Of a stretch of DNA of 64,000 bases, positions 10,834 to 18,851 are shown piece after piece. The notes under the pieces are model-generated. The model worked only from the letters and a program-made list of their open reading frames with translations. It ran no database searches and was not told the DNA's origin. This DNA is from Bacteroidota bacterium (GTDB lineage: Bacteria; Bacteroidota; Bacteroidia; Chitinophagales; JADIYW01), in the NCBI GenBank assembly GCA_028288625.1, contig JAQBNI010000089.1, positions 9,149-73,148 of the forward strand, read 5' to 3'. The position numbers and the translations under genes are program-made. Every line of letters begins with the position of its first letter. The stretch's first letter is position 1.

Positions 10834-10938
10834 CTTACTTGTTTACGTTTTTTTCTTCTAAAAGTTGTAAAAATAGTAAAAAAAATTGTTTACTTGTACA
10901 TTAAAGTAATCAATTTACAGCAATTGTTAATATTCTTT

Positions 10939-11919
10939 TTACAGAAACCTGGGATTATTTATAATTTTCGGATTCCTGTAAATTTTGTTGTTCATCAGTA
11001 CGTAATTTAGCGTAATTTCATGTGAACCTTTATTAACGCTGTTTAGCTTATTTAAAGATACATCATAACTGTAAATTACACTTAAATTTTTTACGGGACT
11101 GACGCTTACTATGGGGGATAACGATTCAAATGCTTTTTTATTGTATCCGCGGACATTTACGCCCACAAATAAATATTGCTTGTACCCCGCGAGGAAACTG
11201 AAATCGGTTTGAAATTCTTTAAAATCCGTATTAAAAACAAACGAAGGCTTGAGCGAAAAATTGTCGCTGATCCTGATCTTTCCCGTAACATAAGTCTGGA
11301 AAACACTGCCGTATTTTGGTCTTAGATTTTTTACATCTCCCTTAAATTTATCCTTTGCATTTATCAGGTTCGTATAAGCGATACCTGCCTCGATAAATTT
11401 GTGGATAAATGAAATTCCAAAAGACAAATTCGGACGGATACTTTTCTGCACCTGATTGGATAAAGAAGCGTCGTTCAGACTTCCTCCCGAACCCTGCGGC
11501 GTGATGAGTTTTGTACCATCTAATTTTGAGAATTCGGCACCCGCATTTATTCCTATACCGATTTTAAATTTCTTTTTAACGTCCTGAATAAATGCATAGC
11601 CTGCGCTAAAAGAAGTTGTTGTAAATGCGCCGAGCATTTCACTGGAAATGGCAAATCCAACGCCACCGTGAATCTGCGGCAACGCAGCATCTGCAAAAAC
11701 ATTTATCGTTCTCGGCTGACCTTCCAATTTAGCCCATTGATGACGATAATTAGCTCCAAAATTAATGCCGTCCTTTCCACCGTAAAATGCTGGATTAGTA
11801 ACTTGCGGATTGTACATGTAGTGTGTAGAGATCGACTGTATCTGTGTAAATACCGGCATCGAGATGAGCGATAGAACAACCGTAATTAAATACTTCTTAA
11901 TTCTTGTATAAACACACAT
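10939..11919 (-). CDS. PorP/SprF family T9SS outer membrane protein
   Basis: Signal peptide followed by the family N-terminal signature (YMYNPQVTNPAFYGG ... NYRHQWAKLEGQPRT). It lies directly upstream of gldK, as porP does in the porPKLMN arrangement. Confidence 0.85.
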   Translation of the reverse strand: MCVYTRIKKYLITVVLSLISMPVFTQIQSISTHYMYNPQVTNPAFYGGKDGINFGANYRHQWAKLEGQPRTINVFADAALPQIHGGVGFAISSEMLGAFTTTSFSAGYAFIQDVKKKFKIGIGINAGAEFSKLDGTKLITPQGSGGSLNDASLSNQVQKSIRPNLSFGISFIHKFIEAGIAYTNLINAKDKFKGDVKNLRPKYGSVFQTYVTGKIRISDNFSLKPSFVFNTDFKEFQTDFSFLAGYKQYLFVGVNVRGYNKKAFESLSPIVSVSPVKNLSVIYSYDVSLNKLNSVNKGSHEITLNYVLMNNKIYRNPKIINNPRFL

Positions 11920-12062
11920 GTTGTAAATGTAGGAAAGAATTCTTAAAGTTGAATGGATGTTATAAGTTATTCGTTACCGGATATTGGGTTCCAATTACAC
12001 TCATATAACGATGAGAATCTTTACCGCCAGATTAAAAAGGATAATAACGATAAAAATAACTT

Positions 12063-13118
12063 TTATCTTTTCTTATTCGACTTCGTGATGTATTTTTTTA
12101 TAGCATCTACGAGCGAAGGATTCTCGGGTGTTGGTGCAAAAATATTTATATGCAGCTTGTGCGCTTTCACAGCTTCTGCCGTAGAATTTCCAAAGATCCC
12201 AATACGTGTTTCGCCTTGTTCGAATTTTGGAAAATTTGTAAACAGGGAGTCTATTCCGGACGAATTAAAAAAAACAAGCATATCATATTTTACATCTCCG
12301 AGGTCGGAAAGATCGCTGGCAGCAGTGTTGTAAATCACAGCTTCGTTATACGTGATGTTGTGTTTTACAAGTAATTCTGCGAGTGCCTTATCGCGCTGAT
12401 CCGAACACGGCAATAAAAATTTTCCGTCTTCCTTATGCTTGAGGATCACTTCAATTAATTTCGGTAATTTACCATCGCCGTAAAACACCTTTCGCTTGCG
12501 GTACTGGATAAATTTCTGGAGATATAAAGCGATGGTTTCACTCAAACAAAAATACCTGTTGTCTTCGCTGATCTTTACGCGCAATTCATCACAGATCCTG
12601 AAATATTGTTCTATTGCAACGCGGCTTGTAAAAATGATGCAGGAATACTGATCGATATAGATCTTTTGTTTTCTGAAATCCGGCGCTTTTATTCCTTCAA
12701 CATGCGTGAAAGGACGCCAGTCGAGCTTGATCTTAAATTGTTCTGCAAGATCAATATACGGCGACTTTCCGGATTCAGGTTTTGGCTGCGAAATCAAAAT
12801 AGATTTTACAGGCTTTAATTTATCGGGATTAACAATCTCAGGCAATGGTCTGGATTCAACAACTATTTTTTTATCATTTTTTGAAGATGGTTTTAAAACG
12901 GATGGCAGCACAGGTTCAGGGGCAATCACCTTTTGTTTTGCTTTCGGCGCCGGAGTACTTTTTGTTATTTTTGCGGACTTAACTGCCTTAGGAGTTTTTT
13001 CCTTTTTCTTTGGAATTACAGCAGCAGCTTTCTTTGCCGGTTTTACAGCTTTCTTGATGGATTTAACTTCGGATTTTTTTTTAGCCGGTGTACGCTTTTC
13101 TAACACTTTTTTAGCCAT
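12063..13118 (-). CDS. Uroporphyrinogen-III synthase (HEM4)-like protein with a ~100-aa Lys/Ala/Pro-rich N-terminal extension
   Basis: The C-terminal ~250 aa resemble the Bacteroidota HemD-like family (ILISQPKPE..SPY, IIFTSRVAIEQYF, FGNSTAEA). No in-frame Met lies between the ATG at 13118 and the domain. Confidence 0.8.
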   Translation of the reverse strand: MAKKVLEKRTPAKKKSEVKSIKKAVKPAKKAAAVIPKKKEKTPKAVKSAKITKSTPAPKAKQKVIAPEPVLPSVLKPSSKNDKKIVVESRPLPEIVNPDKLKPVKSILISQPKPESGKSPYIDLAEQFKIKLDWRPFTHVEGIKAPDFRKQKIYIDQYSCIIFTSRVAIEQYFRICDELRVKISEDNRYFCLSETIALYLQKFIQYRKRKVFYGDGKLPKLIEVILKHKEDGKFLLPCSDQRDKALAELLVKHNITYNEAVIYNTAASDLSDLGDVKYDMLVFFNSSGIDSLFTNFPKFEQGETRIGIFGNSTAEAVKAHKLHINIFAPTPENPSLVDAIKKYITKSNKKR

Positions 13119-13134
13119 TTGTTTCTTTTTTTAT

Positions 13135-13995
13135 TCAACCAACTTTACCCAAAATATACTTTGCCAACAACAGTATAGGTATTATTTTAAAAGCGCAAAT
13201 ATACAAAAAAAAATGTAGTTTATAAGGTATCCTGACATTGCTCATCAGCTGATAACTTCTTATAACGTTAAAAATAATATATCCGGCAAAACCGAGAGAA
13301 AATATAAATGCCATAAAATGGTAAGAAATATGATCATTGTAGAGATAGATCAGCAATAAAAACAGTAAAAAAATACTGAGCAAAAATTCGGCAAACAGGT
13401 TTTGAAGAAAAAAAGCCTTGAAGGTTTCATCGGTATTGATCACCCGGTTAAAAATAAATTCCAGGATATTTTTAAGCGTAAAAAACAATGCTAACAAAAA
13501 GAGGATATCTGCAAAAAAGCGAAAGTTAAAGGCCGTAAAATCACTTTTTAATAAATGCTGCAAAACTATATAAGTGATGAGTGATAAAATGGCAATCTTC
13601 AGCGCATAAATAAAAATAACAGCAAGAAAGGAATCATATTTTTTGCTTTTATAAAAAATGAAAAATTTCTTTACGCTGATAATGCCTTCAAGTAATGAAA
13701 ATGAAAAATCATCGAACAATAAACGGAGTACCAGCAGCAGCACTACGATCGCTGCAGATATAAAAAAAAATACCTTACTTTTCGCAGGTTTTTTTTGCTG
13801 CTGTATCAGTTGCGTTTTCCCGTATGCTTTGTTCGGATCAACTTTTTGAATAACCTGATTCCATGCTGCAGAATCCACTTTATTTTTTAAAACTGAATCA
13901 CGGAAGTATGGATTGTAAGGTGTGTTTGGTGTGGAAGAAAAAATATGGAGGGAGCACAATAAAAAAAGGAAGAAAAATAATTTTTTTTTGTCCAT
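13135..13995 (-). CDS. Multi-pass membrane protein (DUF4271-like)
   Basis: I set the start at the ATG at 13995 (MDKKKLFFFLF, a signal-like N-terminus). The longer track ORF would overlap the upstream gene and the repeat. Several TM helices are present. Its position next to the HemD-like gene matches my recollection of common Bacteroidota synteny. Confidence 0.65.
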   Translation of the reverse strand: MDKKKLFFFLFLLCSLHIFSSTPNTPYNPYFRDSVLKNKVDSAAWNQVIQKVDPNKAYGKTQLIQQQKKPAKSKVFFFISAAIVVLLLVLRLLFDDFSFSLLEGIISVKKFFIFYKSKKYDSFLAVIFIYALKIAILSLITYIVLQHLLKSDFTAFNFRFFADILFLLALFFTLKNILEFIFNRVINTDETFKAFFLQNLFAEFLLSIFLLFLLLIYLYNDHISYHFMAFIFSLGFAGYIIFNVIRSYQLMSNVRIPYKLHFFLYICAFKIIPILLLAKYILGKVG

Positions 13996-14080
13996 AGACC
14001 ATAGACCACAGACCACAGATTCTATCTGCATAAAAAATTCTGATTTCTTCATCGTGGACCGTGGATCGTGGACCGTGGAC
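13990..14080. repeat. Inverted pair of heptamer tandem arrays: (GWCCAYA)x4, 32-nt spacer, (YCGTGGA)x4
   Basis: 13990-14019 reads GTCCATA GACCATA GACCACA GACCACA GA. 14052-14080 reads TCGTGGA CCGTGGA TCGTGGA CCGTGGA C. Confidence 0.85.
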
Positions 14081-14083
14081 TTC

Positions 14084-15811
14084 TTAAAACACGGCAACAT
14101 AGCCGAAGTGCAGTTTAGAACTGCGGAAGTCGATAGAGTGATCTTTTTGTTGTCCAAGCGCATACGTGAGCCCAAAAATACCGATTTTAGTTTCAAATGT
14201 TATACCGGCGCCAAAACCAAATGGAAAATCCTGGAAAACATCATTGTTGAATTTTCGCCGTACATACGCGGCATCTACAAACAGGAAAAAATATGAATTC
14301 CGCTGCAGCATATACCTGTATTCAACAGAAGCGACATTGTAAGTGCTTGCAAGAATAGATTCATCGTCAAAGCCGCGCAGTAATTTTGCTCCACCGATAC
14401 GAAGCAACTCATTTTTTAAAAGACTCTGATTAAAAACAGAACCGCCGTTTATTCCGAATTTTAAAATATTCCGCTGCTTTTTCCCGATCGGCAAATAGTA
14501 ATTGCCTAACCAGAAAAGATCTCCCTTTAAAGATTTTCTCCTGATACTATCATACAAACTTGTGTAATTAAAATCCGGGTGAAACGGATCGGTAAGTGTA
14601 GTGATCTGGTTATTCGGTTTTATTTTTTTGGTTCCCATCGAACCGGTCAGCTTCACTTCATATCCACTTCGCGGGTTAAATAAATAATCCAGCTTTTCGT
14701 AATATGCCTGTATGCCGTATTGGTTGTAAGTGGCATCTAAATTATTCGGCAGCTTCCTGTTCGCTTTTGCAAATACGGTATCTGCAACTAAAATGATCGT
14801 CTGAAAATATTTATAAAAACCCTTGATGTAATTATTTGAACTTGTGATGTAGGGCAAACCAAGTTGCCATGCCAGATCAAGGGAAGAGGAATCGCGCTTA
14901 TTTAAATTAAAGGTGAAGTTTACCCCGATCGGCGTATTAAATAAGTACGGATAATTGAACCGGACATCCAGCAACTGCGATTGCCTTTGCAGCTTTTGCC
15001 ATTCGAGATAGATCTCTTCACCACGCTTAAAAGAATTCTGCAAATGCACGCGAACTTCGCCCGTGATCAGGATCTTTCCGCGGTTGCTGCCCGGCAAAAA
15101 TCCGATGAGGAAGTCGAACGAGTTTACTTTGCGCTTGTCTAAGTATAAATGAATATCCGCCTTGTCGTCACGGAAATAAATATCACTGGGTTTGCGGATC
15201 GCTGCATAGGGCAATTTCTGTAAAAGCCTGTCTATGTTTAAAATCTTCGATTCGTTATAAGGCTGCTTCGATTTTATCAATACATAATTCTGTATAAAAC
15301 CTTTTGTTAGTTTTGATGAGCCGTGATTTATAAAACTGTCAATGGTAATAAATTTTCCTTTATCGATGTTGTATTTAAAAGTCAGTGCACTGTCATTTAA
15401 TTCCACACTATCGGAACTCACTTTTGCAAACGGGTAACCGCTGTTTTCAAAACTGCGTATCAGCTGCTCCTTGGTGATGTCCATATCATAAACAGTTGCG
15501 ACAGTTGCTTTTTTCTTTTTTTTCTCCTTGTTGATGAGTGCCGAATTAATTACATATTTTTTACCCACGTGCAGCCAGGCGGAAATTGTATCCTGCCTTT
15601 TTAATATACTGTCGAAAGAGGCTTCTAGATAACCCTGTGTGATTAACAGCATTTGCTCGTTTTTCAAATATTGCTGCGCTTCATTTTCATTTTTATATAC
15701 CTGCTTTGATTTTAATTTTACTGATCCATCCTTGTGGATCAGTAAATGCACATTTCCCCCTGAAGCGGTTGACATGAACAATACGAGTATGAAAAAAATG
15801 CCGGTTTTCAA
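14084..15811 (-). CDS. Omp85/BamA-family outer membrane protein (POTRA plus surface-antigen barrel)
   Basis: Signal peptide and a 575-aa protein rich in beta-strand pattern. The C-terminal barrel ends in ...HFGYVAVF, a terminal aromatic as in OMP signatures. Confidence 0.75.
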   Translation of the reverse strand: MKTGIFFILVLFMSTASGGNVHLLIHKDGSVKLKSKQVYKNENEAQQYLKNEQMLLITQGYLEASFDSILKRQDTISAWLHVGKKYVINSALINKEKKKKKATVATVYDMDITKEQLIRSFENSGYPFAKVSSDSVELNDSALTFKYNIDKGKFITIDSFINHGSSKLTKGFIQNYVLIKSKQPYNESKILNIDRLLQKLPYAAIRKPSDIYFRDDKADIHLYLDKRKVNSFDFLIGFLPGSNRGKILITGEVRVHLQNSFKRGEEIYLEWQKLQRQSQLLDVRFNYPYLFNTPIGVNFTFNLNKRDSSSLDLAWQLGLPYITSSNNYIKGFYKYFQTIILVADTVFAKANRKLPNNLDATYNQYGIQAYYEKLDYLFNPRSGYEVKLTGSMGTKKIKPNNQITTLTDPFHPDFNYTSLYDSIRRKSLKGDLFWLGNYYLPIGKKQRNILKFGINGGSVFNQSLLKNELLRIGGAKLLRGFDDESILASTYNVASVEYRYMLQRNSYFFLFVDAAYVRRKFNNDVFQDFPFGFGAGITFETKIGIFGLTYALGQQKDHSIDFRSSKLHFGYVAVF

Positions 15812-15875
15812 CTATTCTCTATTACTATCCGTCAAAGTTATTAATTATTCACTATTCGCACTTACTTTGCAATTA

Positions 15876-17015
15876 ATGGCGGGCATCTATATACATATCC
15901 CTTTTTGCAAGCAAGCATGCACATATTGTAATTTCCATTTTTCCACCTTATTAAAAAATAAAACGGAATTGCTCGAAGCTTTATTAAAAGAAATTGAAAT
16001 ACAGCAGCATTTCTTCCCATTAAAAACGGTTATAAAAACTATTTATTTCGGGGGAGGAACACCGAGTATTTTGTCTGCGGCTGAAATAAACCATATCCTG
16101 CAAAAGATATATAAACATTTTCCCATTGATGAGCAGGCAGAAATTACACTGGAAGCAAATCCTGACGATCTCACAGAAGAATATTTATATGCGTTGAAAA
16201 ATGAAACTTCTGTAAACAGGTTGAGTATCGGCATACAATCTTTTTTTGATGAAGATCTGAAATACATGAACCGTGCGCACAATGCGACACAGGCAAAAAT
16301 GTGTATACAGCTCGCGCAAAGATCGGGGTTTAAAAATTTATCTGCTGATCTTATTTATGGAACGCCGACGATGAACAACGAGCGATGGAAAGAAAATTTA
16401 GATACGCTATTTGATTTGAATGTACCGCATATTTCGTGTTATGCGTTAACCGTTGAAGAAAAAACGCAGCTGGCAGATCTTATTAAAAAGAAAAAGACAG
16501 TTGCTCCCGCAGATGAGCAAACCGCTCAACAATTTCAGATATTGACCGAAGCTATGAAAGAACATAATTACCTGCAATATGAAATTTCAAATTTCTGCAG
16601 GGAGCCTTATTTTGCTGAGCATAACACGAATTACTGGAAGGGAATTCCATATCTGGGTATCGGTCCGTCTGCCCATTCTTTTAATGGTGAAGTTCGATCG
16701 TGGAATATCCGAAATAATGCACAGTATATAAAAAAGATTTCAGCAAATGAATTGCCGGATGAAAGCGAGAACTTATCTTCTGCTGATAAATATAATGAGT
16801 ATGTGATGACAAATATCCGTACGATTTGGGGTGTTGATGTAAAAGAAATTTCAGATCGTTTCGGAGAAAAAGTACAGCAACATTTTTTAAAAGAGATCAA
16901 TAGTTTTACCTTAAAAGGACAGGCAATAGAAAATAACGGAATATATACGCTGACGAACTCGGGAAAATTATTTTGCGATCATATTACTGCGCATTTATTT
17001 ATTGAAAAAGATTAA
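15876..17015 (+). CDS. hemW: Radical SAM heme chaperone HemW (HemN-like, oxygen-independent coproporphyrinogen oxidase family)
   Basis: The start moved to the ATG at 15876 (MAGIYIHIPFCKQACTYCNF, the CxxxCxxC radical SAM motif). GGGTPS motif and a HemN C-terminal domain are present. Confidence 0.9.
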   Translation: MAGIYIHIPFCKQACTYCNFHFSTLLKNKTELLEALLKEIEIQQHFFPLKTVIKTIYFGGGTPSILSAAEINHILQKIYKHFPIDEQAEITLEANPDDLTEEYLYALKNETSVNRLSIGIQSFFDEDLKYMNRAHNATQAKMCIQLAQRSGFKNLSADLIYGTPTMNNERWKENLDTLFDLNVPHISCYALTVEEKTQLADLIKKKKTVAPADEQTAQQFQILTEAMKEHNYLQYEISNFCREPYFAEHNTNYWKGIPYLGIGPSAHSFNGEVRSWNIRNNAQYIKKISANELPDESENLSSADKYNEYVMTNIRTIWGVDVKEISDRFGEKVQQHFLKEINSFTLKGQAIENNGIYTLTNSGKLFCDHITAHLFIEKD

Positions 17016-17028
17016 CATGTTTATCACA

Positions 17029-17068
17029 TCCCCCTACGCGCACTTGATAAGGGGGAAGGCATTGTGCT
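17029..17068. repeat. Dispersed ~40-nt palindromic element ATCCCCCT..CTTGATAAGGGGGAAGGC..TGTGC, intergenic copy
   Basis: CCCCCT (17031-17036) pairs with AGGGGG (17051-17056). A second, collinear copy is at 51022-51062. Confidence 0.6.
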
Positions 17069-17139
17069 TAATTTTGCTTTGTGATAAATTATTTTGCGAT
17101 AATCTGATTCTTCACCTGAAATAATTAATTTCACATACT

Positions 17140-17571
17140 ATGAAAGGACCGAAAGAATTATATTTTAATGTATTTAATGAAATGATCCCGTTCAATAAAT
17201 ACATCGGGCTGGAATTAAGAGAACTGGAAGACGGATTCGCAAGAGCGGAAATAAAATTCAAGCCAGAACTTGTCGGAGATTCGCGCATACAATCCTTTCA
17301 TGGCGGCGTGATCTCCGCATGCATGGATGCCCTGGGAGGGCTTGTAGGTATTACTACTTTGAACTCCATAGATGATAAGATCGTCACCATAGACATGCGC
17401 GTAGATTACATCCGTTCGGCAAGAAACACAGACCTCCTCATCGAAGCAAGAATTGTCCGGAGCGGCAACAAGATCATCACGACCAACATGCAGGTATTTA
17501 CCGTAAAAGATAATATACTGGTTGCGGAAGGACGCGGCGTTTACCATGTAAGCAGGAAGGAAAAGGAATAA
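17140..17571 (+). CDS. Hotdog-fold thioesterase (PaaI/YbgC-like)
   Basis: 143 aa with the pattern FHGGVISACMDALGG ... TIDMRVDY typical of PaaI-type thioesterases. Confidence 0.8.
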   Translation: MKGPKELYFNVFNEMIPFNKYIGLELRELEDGFARAEIKFKPELVGDSRIQSFHGGVISACMDALGGLVGITTLNSIDDKIVTIDMRVDYIRSARNTDLLIEARIVRSGNKIITTNMQVFTVKDNILVAEGRGVYHVSRKEKE

Positions 17572-17578
17572 GCTCTCG

Positions 17579-18577
17579 CTAATACAATTCCTTTCCAAAT
17601 AAATAAATAACGTACACGATCAGGAACAGGAACAGGAATCTGCATTTGTATAAGTTCAGCGTTAGTTTTTTCCCCATCCATAACATGCCCATGATCAGCA
17701 GGGAGATGCCAATCAAAATAAAAATATCAATATTAAATGCGCGGTTATACTGCACAGGCTGAATAAAAGCTGATATTCCCAACATGCCTAAAATGTTCAG
17801 CATGTTTTGTCCCACGAGATTACTGATCTCAAATTTTGATTCCTTTGCCTTCGTCATCATAAACCAATACAGCATCACCGCAGAGCCGCCAAATGAAAGC
17901 AGAAACTGCCCAAGAAACTTTTGCGAGAAATCATACTTCCTTGAAATATCTATTAAATTATCTACCACTAAAACACCGCCTGCAATCAGCCCGATAAAAC
18001 CTACGATCATTAAAATAATTGAAAACCATAACATGTAGTATGCCGGCGGCTCTTCTCCTTCACTAAACCAGATAACATGGTGTTTTTTTACATTGAAATA
18101 TCCATAGGTCATAAAAAGAATAAACATTAAGATGAGAATCGCAGCTTCGTATTTCGAAATAAAGAGTTGCGTTGGCGCGGGCGGAAAAAAAGTTTTATTC
18201 GCCATGAAGTAAAGCATCAGCGCAGCAGCAACAAGCGATAAAATTCCGATCGTTGCAGTATTTTTCGTTGCACGAATCGGGCGGGTAAAGCCGGTAATAG
18301 GGAGCACGCCGAGGAAATTAAAAATACAACTGCCGAGTATTGTGCCTAATGCAAGATCAAAAAAACCGTTATATGCTGCCAGTAAAACTGTGAATAATTT
18401 TGGAAGAGAAGTCCCTAATGCAACAACGGTAAAGCTGATCATGGATTCGGGTAACTTCAATCGCCGCGCCACTGAACTGCTTCCATCCACCAGCATTCCC
18501 GAACCTCTGTTTAATAAAAAAAAACCGATCAGTAATAAAGGAATGTTGAGTATTAACGAGAGGTGTTTGATCTCCAT
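17579..18577 (-). CDS. Calcium/cation antiporter (CaCA family, YrbG-like)
   Basis: Ten-TM-like protein with two alpha-repeat regions (GTSLPKLF, GGSAVM...). Confidence 0.75.
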   Translation of the reverse strand: MEIKHLSLILNIPLLLIGFFLLNRGSGMLVDGSSSVARRLKLPESMISFTVVALGTSLPKLFTVLLAAYNGFFDLALGTILGSCIFNFLGVLPITGFTRPIRATKNTATIGILSLVAAALMLYFMANKTFFPPAPTQLFISKYEAAILILMFILFMTYGYFNVKKHHVIWFSEGEEPPAYYMLWFSIILMIVGFIGLIAGGVLVVDNLIDISRKYDFSQKFLGQFLLSFGGSAVMLYWFMMTKAKESKFEISNLVGQNMLNILGMLGISAFIQPVQYNRAFNIDIFILIGISLLIMGMLWMGKKLTLNLYKCRFLFLFLIVYVIYLFGKELY

Positions 18578-18650
18578 ACATCAATAATACAAATTAAGCG
18601 GATGTAAGACAAATACAAATTGAACACATCCACTATTTAAGTAAAAAATA

Positions 18651-18825
18651 AACCACATAGGAACATAGAAAAAAATTAAAAGCATATCGTGCATTTATTT
18701 CTTTTCGGAATGTTAAAGGTTAACATAGAAAATTTATCTACGATAAATCTTTGTGTCTCTATGAGCTGCTTACTATAAACGAAACGTTTTAATTAAAAGG
18801 AAATATCTATGCCTCTATGTGGTTA
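18651..18825. repeat. Nested inverted repeats built on CATAGA/TCTATG cores
   Basis: AACCACATAGGAACATAGA (18651-18669) matches the reverse complement of TCTATGCCTCTATGTGGTT (18807-18825) at 16/19 positions. An inner pair is TAACATAGA (18721) / TCTCTATGA (18756). A small hairpin ATTTATC-TAC-GATAAAT lies at 18732-18748. Confidence 0.55.
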
Positions 18826-18851
18826 AAAAAAGCTTTCCTTTTTATCTTAAG

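Noticed and set aside
12706-13218. 170-aa plus-strand ORF overlapping the HemD-like gene
   Set aside because: It is antisense to the Lys-rich coding region. Low-complexity, A-rich DNA keeps the opposite strand open by composition, and the product is an implausible Phe/Gly/Ala-rich string.
13990-14080. Heptamer tandem arrays (also at 41062 and 42632) considered as a possible CRISPR array
   Set aside because: The units are 7 nt and directly abutting, with no unique spacers. The arrays are under 30 nt long and no cas genes are present. They are simple tandem or inverted repeats, not CRISPR.
13996-14196. Upstream extension of the DUF4271-like ORF, and similarly 15639-15875 for hemW, 4023-4067 for uvrC, 53322-53408, 59511-59540, 24845-24883 and 37977-38012
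   Set aside because: The extensions overlap neighbouring genes or repeats, or precede obvious signal peptides or conserved N-termini. Internal ATGs give canonical protein starts.
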